Assembly: GCA_050050435.1 (NCBI GenBank)
Contig: JASFUE010000001.1
Coordinates: 1-39,780 of the forward strand
Direction: 5' to 3'
Length of the DNA stretch: 39,780 bases
Source of the DNA: Burkholderiales bacterium
Lineage (GTDB): Bacteria; Pseudomonadota; Gammaproteobacteria; Burkholderiales; Eutrophovitaceae
Part shown: piece after piece, positions 30,886-38,341 of the stretch
Layout of the letters: every line of letters begins with the position of its first letter
Position numbering within the stretch: the stretch's first letter is position 1
Made by a program: the position numbers and the translations under genes
Notes under the pieces: model-generated
The model's database searches: none
What the model saw: only the letters and a program-made list of their open reading frames with translations
Told to the model about the DNA's origin: nothing

Positions 30886-32436
30886 ATGGCGGCCAGACTT
30901 TTCGCCTGCATATCCGGGAACAACACCACCATTGCGCGGTGGCGCCGCGGACGCCTCACAGACCTGCGTCGCTTTTCCGATGACGAGCAAGGCCACGCGG
31001 GTTTCGAAGCGTACCTGCGCGCTACGCCAAAATCGACTGTCAGTATTGTTGTCGATTCGATCGACGAAGACTATCGAACCGAGACCCTTCCACATGCATC
31101 GAGTAATGACCGCGCGCACCTGATATCGCGCAAGCTGCGCCAATTGTTCAGGTCAACGCCGTACACAGCCGCCAGCTTGCAGGAACAGACCACGGCAAGG
31201 CGCCGGGAAGACCAGTATTTGTTTGCGGCAATCACGCGTCCTGAATTACTCGCGCCATGGCTGCGCACGCTCAATGCGCTGCGCATCCCAATTACCGGAA
31301 TCTATCTTCTCCCGATCGTCACGCTCTCGGTCATAGACCGGCTTGGTGTGAAGCGGCCCAATCTGCTCATCATCAGCAAGAACGAGTCGGGATTGCGTCA
31401 GACGTTTTGCAAGGACGGTAAAATTCGCGTCAGCCGGCTGACGCCGCCGCGCGAAGAAGGTGCGCAAAGTACCGATTTCTATGCCGAGGAAATCAACAGT
31501 ACCCGGATGTACCTCGATGCGCTGACGCTCACGCACGTCGACGATGTCATTACCGTACTGATTCTGGATCATGACGACTCGCTCGACTCGTTGACTCAGA
31601 CCATCAAGCGGCATCGCCCGAACGCGGAGTGTATTCGCGTTGGCCCCTCCGAGCTGGAGAGCTCGATCGGCATTAATCGATTCGACGTAAGCAGCAGTTC
31701 GGACGCGATCCACCTGTATTTGCTGGCAACCTCGCGCCCGTTGATGAACCTGGCTCCATCCACCCTCAAGGCGCGGCTGCAGGTTCATTTTGTCGGTAAT
31801 GTAATCTATGCCGCATCAGCGGCTGTTCTTGCCATCGGCGTGCTCTGGTCACTGGTAAACGCCGCGCTGATCGTGCGTGCAGGCAGTGAAGTCACCCGCC
31901 TGGAACAGCAGGCAATCACGTTCCAGACACAGTACCGCGCGGTAACGCAGCGTTTCCCCGAAACGCCCGCCAGCTCCGAGCTGCTGCGAGACAGCGTCGA
32001 AGCGGCTATGCGCATCAATGCCTTGCGGCAAACTCCGCGAGAACTCATGCTGGTACTGGGCGCTGCCCTGAACGCATCACCGGATATCGGTCTGGAACGG
32101 GTCGAGTGGATACATGGCAGCCCGGATATGGCGGAGAACGGTTTGCGTGCAGTGGATCTGTCACAGCATCTGCAAAACGGAATCGGGCAATTCGGCATCA
32201 TTGGCGCCGAGGTTCTGTCGTACAAAGGTGACCATCAGGCAGCAATGCGCAACATTCGCGCTTTTGCCCGGCAAATTTCCGATGACGATCGTGTCGCGCG
32301 CGTGGATGTCATTCGCTTGCCTCTCGATCTCGATCCCAACGCCGGCCTGAATGGCAGCACCGCCACGGAGCAGGCAACGCAATCGGCACCGTTCGAACTG
32401 GCCGTCGTGCTCAAACCGGAGCGGACACCGCAATGA
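30886..32436 (+). CDS. Bitopic assembly protein, possibly a PilM/PilN-like fusion (MshI-like position)
   Basis: 516 aa. It has a cytoplasmic N-domain of about 290 aa, one TM segment (VIYAASAAVLAIGVLWSLVNAALIV) and a periplasmic part of about 190 aa. It starts 8 nt after gspF and overlaps the next gene by 4 bp. No sharp motif was recognised, so the call rests on architecture and context. Confidence 0.5.
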   Translation: MAARLFACISGNNTTIARWRRGRLTDLRRFSDDEQGHAGFEAYLRATPKSTVSIVVDSIDEDYRTETLPHASSNDRAHLISRKLRQLFRSTPYTAASLQEQTTARRREDQYLFAAITRPELLAPWLRTLNALRIPITGIYLLPIVTLSVIDRLGVKRPNLLIISKNESGLRQTFCKDGKIRVSRLTPPREEGAQSTDFYAEEINSTRMYLDALTLTHVDDVITVLILDHDDSLDSLTQTIKRHRPNAECIRVGPSELESSIGINRFDVSSSSDAIHLYLLATSRPLMNLAPSTLKARLQVHFVGNVIYAASAAVLAIGVLWSLVNAALIVRAGSEVTRLEQQAITFQTQYRAVTQRFPETPASSELLRDSVEAAMRINALRQTPRELMLVLGAALNASPDIGLERVEWIHGSPDMAENGLRAVDLSQHLQNGIGQFGIIGAEVLSYKGDHQAAMRNIRAFARQISDDDRVARVDVIRLPLDLDPNAGLNGSTATEQATQSAPFELAVVLKPERTPQ

Positions 32437-33044
32437 AACTCGAGCGAAAAGACCTCTTGCCACTACGTCTGCCGGTCGTGGCGTTTGTTTCGGCCCTTGT
32501 CGCCAGCATTGCGCTGGTCAACTATTCCGCTGGCAAGTACTCGGTACAGCAAGACCGCGTTCGCGAAGCGACTGCCAGGGTTGAAGAGGCAAGCAAGCGT
32601 TTCCGTGACTCGGACCTGGAAAAAGCAATGATTTCCAAGTACTTGCCGGAATACCGGAAACTGGAGGCGCACGGCTTTATCGGCTCGGAAAACCGCATCA
32701 GCTGGATCGACGCCCTGCGCATCGCCGACCAGCATGCAGGTGGATTTGGCGTTCAGTACCAGTTAAGCGCCCAGGGACCATACAAGGGCTTTCTATCGGG
32801 TGATCCAATTGCCTCACGCTTGCGGCAATCGACAATGGACATCCGCTTCGGTGTCGTGCACGAAGGGCAGTTTCTTGCCTTTCTCGATTCACTCGAGGCA
32901 CAAGATGCCGGAATGTATGCGTTGCGCTCATGTTCGCTGAAACCGGTCCACAGGGACGCTCCTCAGCCCAGAACCCAGAATCTGAGCGCAAGATGCGAGA
33001 TCGACTGGCTGACACTCATCCCGCCAGGAGGTGGCTCGTCATGA
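32433..33044 (+). CDS. Bitopic assembly protein, PilO/GspM-like (MshJ-like position)
   Basis: 203 aa. It has an N-terminal TM segment (LPVVAFVSALVASIALV), a short coiled coil, then a globular domain. ATGA overlaps occur at both ends. The assignment is contextual. Confidence 0.45.
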   Translation: MKLERKDLLPLRLPVVAFVSALVASIALVNYSAGKYSVQQDRVREATARVEEASKRFRDSDLEKAMISKYLPEYRKLEAHGFIGSENRISWIDALRIADQHAGGFGVQYQLSAQGPYKGFLSGDPIASRLRQSTMDIRFGVVHEGQFLAFLDSLEAQDAGMYALRSCSLKPVHRDAPQPRTQNLSARCEIDWLTLIPPGGGSS

Positions 33045-33511
33045 AAACGCGCCTTTTCATCGTGTTCGCTTTCGGACTTTGCCAACTGGGTCACAACTTT
33101 GCGTTGGCGCAGGACGAACCGCTTGGCCGTTTGTTCTATACGCCCTCACAACGCGCGGCGCTGAATGCAAATGTGCGCACCGTGACACGCGAGGCGCCCA
33201 AACCGAAGCCGGTTCCACCTTCCATGACCCTCAATGGCGTGATCACACGAAGTGACGGGGAACGAACCGTATGGATCGACGGCCAGGTATATCACCGCGG
33301 TGAAACCGGTGACCTTCAGGTCACGATCGAACCGGATGACCCCGGCGCGGTCGAAATCAAGGTCGAGGGCGTTCCCTACCGGCGCTCCGTACGGGTCGGC
33401 CAGCGGCTCGATCCTGCATCCGGAGAGACGCTGGAAGCATTCGAAACACGGCAACCAGACAGCGGCTACTCCGGCTCGGAAACTGCTTCAGATTCAGCTT
33501 CAGGACAGTAG
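33041..33511 (+). CDS. Small exported protein (MshK/PilP-like position)
   Basis: The ATG at 33041 is preceded by CCAGGAGGTGG. The signal peptide is MKTRLFIVFAFGLCQLGHNFALA-QD, giving a mature protein of about 130 aa. The ORF-track start at 32930 lies inside the previous gene. Confidence 0.45.
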   Translation: MKTRLFIVFAFGLCQLGHNFALAQDEPLGRLFYTPSQRAALNANVRTVTREAPKPKPVPPSMTLNGVITRSDGERTVWIDGQVYHRGETGDLQVTIEPDDPGAVEIKVEGVPYRRSVRVGQRLDPASGETLEAFETRQPDSGYSGSETASDSASGQ

Positions 33512-33539
33512 CGCAGCCAAGCTTGATAGAACGATCGCG

Positions 33540-35555
33540 ATGCAGGGTTTGGTCGAGCTGCGCAACGACGGGAGCAAGGTGGCATTCAGACACAGTCACG
33601 GGAACGCTCAGGATGGCCGGCGCCCTCGTCCCGAAGATCGGTTCGCGCTGACCTTCGTAGGGAAACCGCGATTCCTTTTGCCGTCGCGTCAACCTGATGG
33701 CGATCTATGCCAGAAGCTCTCAACCGTGGCGACCTGTAAACGTCGTTCGCCGCCAGCGCCAAGTCGATACAGGCACACACAGTGCGGCGCAATCGCGCTG
33801 GCGCTCATGATCATGCTGGGCCTGGTGATTGGCCTGCTGGTCATTTCGTTCGCTCGCAACCCAGCCGGCAACGGCGCCATCAACCCGCGCACCATTCATG
33901 CCCTGGCACAAGCGCGCGAAGCTCTGCTTGGATATTCGACAACATATAGGGATACCCATCCCGGTGAAGCGTTCGGCTATTTGCCTTGCCCTGACCTGGG
34001 AAGCGGGACCGAGGGACAGGCAGCAACTGCCTGTGGCGGCACCGATGTCACGGTCATCGGCCGGTTGCCATGGAAGACTCTGGATCTTCCGCCGTTGCGC
34101 GACGCAAGCGGCGAGTGCCTGTGGTACGCAATCTCGGGCAATTACAAGAACAATCCCAAGACCAGCGACTTGCTCAACCGCGACACCAATGGGCTGATCG
34201 AAGTCATGGCAGCCGATGGCACCGGTTTCATCGCAGGCGCCGTCCCGACACAACGCGCCGTTGCCGTGGTGTTTGCACCGGGCGCCATTCTGCCGGGCCA
34301 GGACCGCAGCCTGGCGGCAACCAATCCCCCCACCGTTTGCGGCGGCAATTACGGCCCGGCGAACTATCTGGACAGCGACGCCGCCAGCAGCATCGACAAT
34401 GCCACGGCGTCGAATGTAGCCAACGCACTCACGCGCTTTATCGCCGCGCAACACTCGGACCTGACCACGGCTGCCAATGACATATTCAACGACCAGTTGA
34501 TGACAATCGCAACTGACGATGTCTTCTCGCGCCATATCGATCGGCGCGCCGATTTCGAAAGCTACCTGACCGATCCGATTACCGGCCTGATGCGCAAGAG
34601 TGCCGATTGCCTCGCCGCCTACGGGCGCAGCAATGATTCTGGCGTAACAGCCAAGGTTTTGCCGTGGACCACGCAGATGAATGTCGGCACATTCGGCAAC
34701 TCGGCCAGTTATGACGACTCTGCGGGCAGGCTCTCGGGCCATCTTCCCTGGATCGTCGACACGTCTGCCACTACGGCACCAAATACCAATTCGAATTATC
34801 CGGGCATACCAATGTTTGATGAGTCCCGCTGTGCAGGTTGGACCGGGGTCAGTGCATTCTGGGAGAACTGGAAAGATCACCTGTATTACGCAGTCGCAAG
34901 GGCACATCGGCCAGACTCCGCGGTGGCAATCGATGATGATCCGTGCATCCTGGAAGAATGTATCAGCGTGGCCGACTCGGGCGGCATCAGGAATAACATG
35001 GCGGCGGTCATCCTCTTCTCCGGCTCGCGCATGCCAACGCGCAGCAGAAACAACGATGCCAACCCGGCATATACAAGCGCCGATAAAGCCGAACCGGCGA
35101 ACTTTCTGGACGGTATTAATCTGTTCACAATTCGCACCAATCCGGGCCCGGCTGTGACTTCGGATCGGTTGTTTTCAAAGTTGTCGGGTAACGACACCAT
35201 CATGTGTCTGCGCCCCCTGCCGGTCGGCACCGGTACCGAACTGTTCGTCGACCCGACCTGCGGCGCATCCGCGAGTTGTACCGTTGATGGCAGTTTGCTG
35301 GCAGCGTACCGGACAGGTGCAACCAACAATTGCAGGGCGGGCACCAGCGGTGTTTCCGCTGCTTGCACGTCCCTGATGCGCAATATCGACATCAACAATT
35401 GCCCTGGCGATGGGACCACTTTCATTGACGGCGACCCGACCCGCCCGTATTCGTGCGAGCGCGGCGCTCGCGACTTTGTCAGTTTTGATTGCCTGGAGGG
35501 TTTTTCCACCCCCAGGTGCCAGCTCGCCTATACTGCCCTGACCAAATGCCAGTAA
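33540..35555 (+). CDS. Large Cys-rich modular pilin-like protein without Glu5
   Basis: The reading frame is open from 33252. Plausible starts are the ATG at 33540 (671 aa) or the in-frame GTG at 33726 (609 aa, basic leader MATCKRRSPPAPSRYRHTQCG). The hydrophobic helix AIALALMIMLGLVIGLLVISF and the following REALLGY...YLPCP...ACGG...LPWKTL...LWYAIS align with the adjacent prepilin. The exported part contains 18 Cys. Confidence 0.6.
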   Translation: MQGLVELRNDGSKVAFRHSHGNAQDGRRPRPEDRFALTFVGKPRFLLPSRQPDGDLCQKLSTVATCKRRSPPAPSRYRHTQCGAIALALMIMLGLVIGLLVISFARNPAGNGAINPRTIHALAQAREALLGYSTTYRDTHPGEAFGYLPCPDLGSGTEGQAATACGGTDVTVIGRLPWKTLDLPPLRDASGECLWYAISGNYKNNPKTSDLLNRDTNGLIEVMAADGTGFIAGAVPTQRAVAVVFAPGAILPGQDRSLAATNPPTVCGGNYGPANYLDSDAASSIDNATASNVANALTRFIAAQHSDLTTAANDIFNDQLMTIATDDVFSRHIDRRADFESYLTDPITGLMRKSADCLAAYGRSNDSGVTAKVLPWTTQMNVGTFGNSASYDDSAGRLSGHLPWIVDTSATTAPNTNSNYPGIPMFDESRCAGWTGVSAFWENWKDHLYYAVARAHRPDSAVAIDDDPCILEECISVADSGGIRNNMAAVILFSGSRMPTRSRNNDANPAYTSADKAEPANFLDGINLFTIRTNPGPAVTSDRLFSKLSGNDTIMCLRPLPVGTGTELFVDPTCGASASCTVDGSLLAAYRTGATNNCRAGTSGVSAACTSLMRNIDINNCPGDGTTFIDGDPTRPYSCERGARDFVSFDCLEGFSTPRCQLAYTALTKCQ

Positions 35556-35583
35556 GACGCAAAACGCGGCCCCGGGGACTGTG

Positions 35584-36318
35584 ATGACGACATCCGTGAA
35601 GAAGCCTGTACGCGGTTTTTCGCTGATCGAATTGTCGGTCGCCTTCGTCGTGATCGCGCTGCTGCTGGGCAGCTTGCTTGTCCCTCTCTCCACCCAGGTG
35701 GATCAGCGCCGCTATGCGGAAACGGAAAAGCAGCTCGAGCAGATACGGGATGCGCTGGTCGGCTTCGCACTGGCGAATCGCTATCTTCCCTGCCCTGCGG
35801 TTTCAGCAGCAGACGGCAGCGAGGACCGCGATACCGGCACCAATGCCTGCACACTGGTTAGTGGCAACCCCAAGCGTGATGGATTTATTCCCTGGGTTAC
35901 GCTCGGTGTCAGACCCCAAGATGCGTGGGATAACCTGATTCGCTACAGCGTCGACCCGGACTTTGCGCGTTCCGATCCTGCTTTCCTGTTCACTCTGAGT
36001 AGCACCGGAGACATTCAGATTCAGGGCCGCGATAACGCAGGCAATCTAGTTGACCTCACCAACGTCGAGATACCTGCGGTCATCATTTCACACGGCAAAA
36101 ATGGCTATGGCGCTATTTCTGCAACGGGTGCAAACCGGGCGACTCCCGGCTCGTGGTCCGGAGACGAAAAAGACAACACATCGAACACGACCACTTTTTA
36201 CTATCGGACGCGCTCTGAAGTCACGTCGGCAACGGGCGGCGAATTTGATGATGTCGTTGCCTGGATCCCGCTCAACCAGTTGTTTGCCAGCATGGTCGCT
36301 GGCGGGCGTTTGCCCTGA
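35584..36318 (+). CDS. Type IV prepilin / pseudopilin with a canonical N-terminal methylation motif
   Basis: The sequence MTTSVKKPVRG / FSLIELSVAFVVIALLLGSLLV shows a leader ending in Gly, Phe at +1 and Glu at +5. At 244 aa it is long for a pilin, and it has two Cys (YLPCP...NAC). Confidence 0.88.
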   Translation: MTTSVKKPVRGFSLIELSVAFVVIALLLGSLLVPLSTQVDQRRYAETEKQLEQIRDALVGFALANRYLPCPAVSAADGSEDRDTGTNACTLVSGNPKRDGFIPWVTLGVRPQDAWDNLIRYSVDPDFARSDPAFLFTLSSTGDIQIQGRDNAGNLVDLTNVEIPAVIISHGKNGYGAISATGANRATPGSWSGDEKDNTSNTTTFYYRTRSEVTSATGGEFDDVVAWIPLNQLFASMVAGGRLP

Positions 36319-36393
36319 GCCGTCGACTCAAGCGCCGGACCGCATCACGTTCGCACCGGAGAACCGTTAGGCTACCTTCCGGCACTGGTTCGC

Positions 36394-38142
36394 CTACGAT
36401 GCCTTTTCTGCAGGCGACAGTTCGAAGCAGACACGTCCCGGTGCATTCTGTGCCAGGCGCAAAACATAGTCCCGCTCCCGCGCGAAACGGCTCGCCTGAT
36501 ACAAGCCAACGCCCAGCCCGGTTTTGGACGTCGATACCGGAGAATCGAACAAGCGCGCTGCCACCTCTTCATCGACCGGCTCGCCGTCATCACACACAGT
36601 GACAATCGAGCCATTGTCATCCGACTGCAGAGTAATCGTGATCGACAATCCCGGCACCAACCGCCGCTTGTGCAATGCGTTCTGCAACAGATTGTCACTG
36701 ACACTGTCGAACAATTCCGCGTGCAACATGCCTTCGCTCTCGGGAGTGAGCCCGGTCTCCAGGAAAGTTACCGGCTCGTAGGCGTAGCGTTGTTTCAGGC
36801 TTTCCCACCAGTCAAACACTTTCGACTGTTCGCCTGCACTGCTGACTTCGCTGGCGAGTTTATCCAGGGTAATCTGCAATCGCTGGGCAATCTGCGGCAG
36901 CTGACGTCGCATCAACCACCGCACTGCCTCGGCGTCGGCTTCACCACTGGTCTCAGCCGCGTTACACAGCGATCGCAGCGACTGCAACAGGTTCTTCACG
37001 TCATGTGTAAGCCGCGAGCCAGTTTCATAAATCGCCTGCATGTAGGCATTTCGGCGCTGCTGGGCCGCACGCACCTTACTCTCGTAATAGTCGCCGAGCA
37101 GTCGCGCCAGCAATCGGATATGCAATACCAGCGCCGGGCTGGGCGCAAAACGCGTGTAGACGATGAGCCCAAGCCCGCCGAACGAGAATTCGGTGGCGTG
37201 GCGGGTCTGCTCGCCAACCTCACCGCTGCCGCCGACAGCTCTCCAGCGCACGCCGGCTACCCAGGGCAATACCGCCAGTTCATGTGCTGCCAGCACGGCG
37301 AACTTGTCGGCATCGTCAACACGCTCTGCCATGCCCGCGAGGCTGTGCATCCAGCGCTCGAATGGAATGCCAACGCTGAGAAAGTAACGCGTAACCAGTT
37401 GCCCTATCCCGACGAAACCCGCCCTCGGGTCCCACAGCAGCGACAGCACGATCAGGAACAAGGCGATGCCAAACAGCGTTTGGGTCAAGGCAACAACGTA
37501 GTTGCCATGACTGAGCTGCTTGATCACGAACGAGCCAAGCACCAATACGACCACCAGCAGGAAGAGCAGGACGCTGTAGAACAGATCCAGCGCGTACACG
37601 GTTTGACGCTCGGTCTTCTCGGTACGTATGAAAAAGATCAGGGCCGCCGGTATCACCAGGCCGTAGGCGACAATGAGTTGCACGAAACCCGGAAAGGCCT
37701 GCTCCTTGAAAAGGTGGGGTACGACCCACATGAGCAGAATCGACAGCAGGTACAAGGCGGCGAGAAAAGACCCGGCACGCTGCCGGACATTCCGTATCCC
37801 CGGCATGTTCCCGCCGATCAGGGAGAACAATATCGAAATCCACAATGCCATCAACCACCAGCTTCCGGCCACCACCAGGAAAGCGCCGGCGATCAGTATC
37901 AGCACCACCTGCCTGACCACCAGCCGCTGCTCCCCGCGCCAAAGCGGTTGCCACAACAGGAACAGCCCGAAATGCGTCGTCAACAATGCGCGAGCGAGCG
38001 GATCCGTCAGTTCGAGCACCAGCCCGCCATGCAAGGCCAGCAGCATGAGCGACAGCCAGTGTTCCTGGCGCATCGAACCAATCAACCGGGCAATTCGCCC
38101 CTTCGGGACCTGCTCGGTTACCGGGTTGATCTCAACGGACAT
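36394..38142 (-). CDS. Polytopic sensor histidine kinase (PrsK-like)
   Basis: 582 aa. It has about eight TM segments with very short loops (aa 28-237) and the H-box SRLTHDVKNLLQSL (His380, about nt 37003-37005). N, G1 and G2 box remnants are NLLQNALH, DDG and GLGVGL. It is convergent with the pilin operon. Confidence 0.9.
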   Translation of the reverse strand: MSVEINPVTEQVPKGRIARLIGSMRQEHWLSLMLLALHGGLVLELTDPLARALLTTHFGLFLLWQPLWRGEQRLVVRQVVLILIAGAFLVVAGSWWLMALWISILFSLIGGNMPGIRNVRQRAGSFLAALYLLSILLMWVVPHLFKEQAFPGFVQLIVAYGLVIPAALIFFIRTEKTERQTVYALDLFYSVLLFLLVVVLVLGSFVIKQLSHGNYVVALTQTLFGIALFLIVLSLLWDPRAGFVGIGQLVTRYFLSVGIPFERWMHSLAGMAERVDDADKFAVLAAHELAVLPWVAGVRWRAVGGSGEVGEQTRHATEFSFGGLGLIVYTRFAPSPALVLHIRLLARLLGDYYESKVRAAQQRRNAYMQAIYETGSRLTHDVKNLLQSLRSLCNAAETSGEADAEAVRWLMRRQLPQIAQRLQITLDKLASEVSSAGEQSKVFDWWESLKQRYAYEPVTFLETGLTPESEGMLHAELFDSVSDNLLQNALHKRRLVPGLSITITLQSDDNGSIVTVCDDGEPVDEEVAARLFDSPVSTSKTGLGVGLYQASRFARERDYVLRLAQNAPGRVCFELSPAEKAS

Positions 38143-38341
38143 TTCGTGACACCCTCACAATAGCGTTACTACCTGTTGTTTCGCGACCATCAACGGGAAT
38201 AGCTGGAAAATGAGACGAAAAAAACATGCCAGTGATCAACGCCGGTGCCGGCGAAGCGTACACCATTGGCGTTTGTTGTCGACGCGAGTCGCTGCGATGG
38301 CCGCGTAACCGCCTTTTCGAAACCGGCTTTCGGCACACCTT

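Noticed and set aside
33252-33539. The N-terminal extension of the 767-aa ORF as listed in the ORF track.
   Set aside because: It would overlap the preceding signal-peptide protein gene by 260 nt in another frame, and its sequence is basic, low-complexity text. The in-frame starts at 33540 (ATG) or 33726 (GTG) are more plausible. The exact start remains unresolved.
36319-36393. A search for an intrinsic terminator between the convergent pilin and kinase genes.
   Set aside because: Only a weak 5-bp stem (ccgga/tccgg) without a U-tract is present. No terminator was called.
21703-38142. A PEP-CTERM/exosortase system, which the PrsR/PrsK-like regulators might imply.
   Set aside because: No exosortase-like polytopic protein, no C-terminal PEP-plus-TM-plus-basic sorting signal and no EPS biosynthesis genes occur in the window. 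The giant protein ends ...LTKCQ.
36670-38163. A 497-aa plus-strand ORF antisense to the histidine kinase gene. Similar long shadow ORFs occur elsewhere: 11226-12374 (+), 12431-13297 (+), 14871-16022 (+), 33720-34907 (-), 22261-23109 (-), 28757-29581 (-), 26980-27744 (-), 8180-8983 (+) and 1038-1796 (+).
   Set aside because: Each lies opposite an ORF with clear family motifs. Each also has the Arg/Gly/Pro/His/Gln-rich, motif-free composition typical of antisense frames in GC-rich DNA. None has a convincing start context.
38217-38231. A sigma-54-like element on the minus strand upstream of the kinase gene (TGGCATGTTTTTTTC).
   Set aside because: The -24 half is good, but the -12 half reads TTTC instead of TTGC, so the nearly invariant GC is lost. 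This is not enough to call a promoter.
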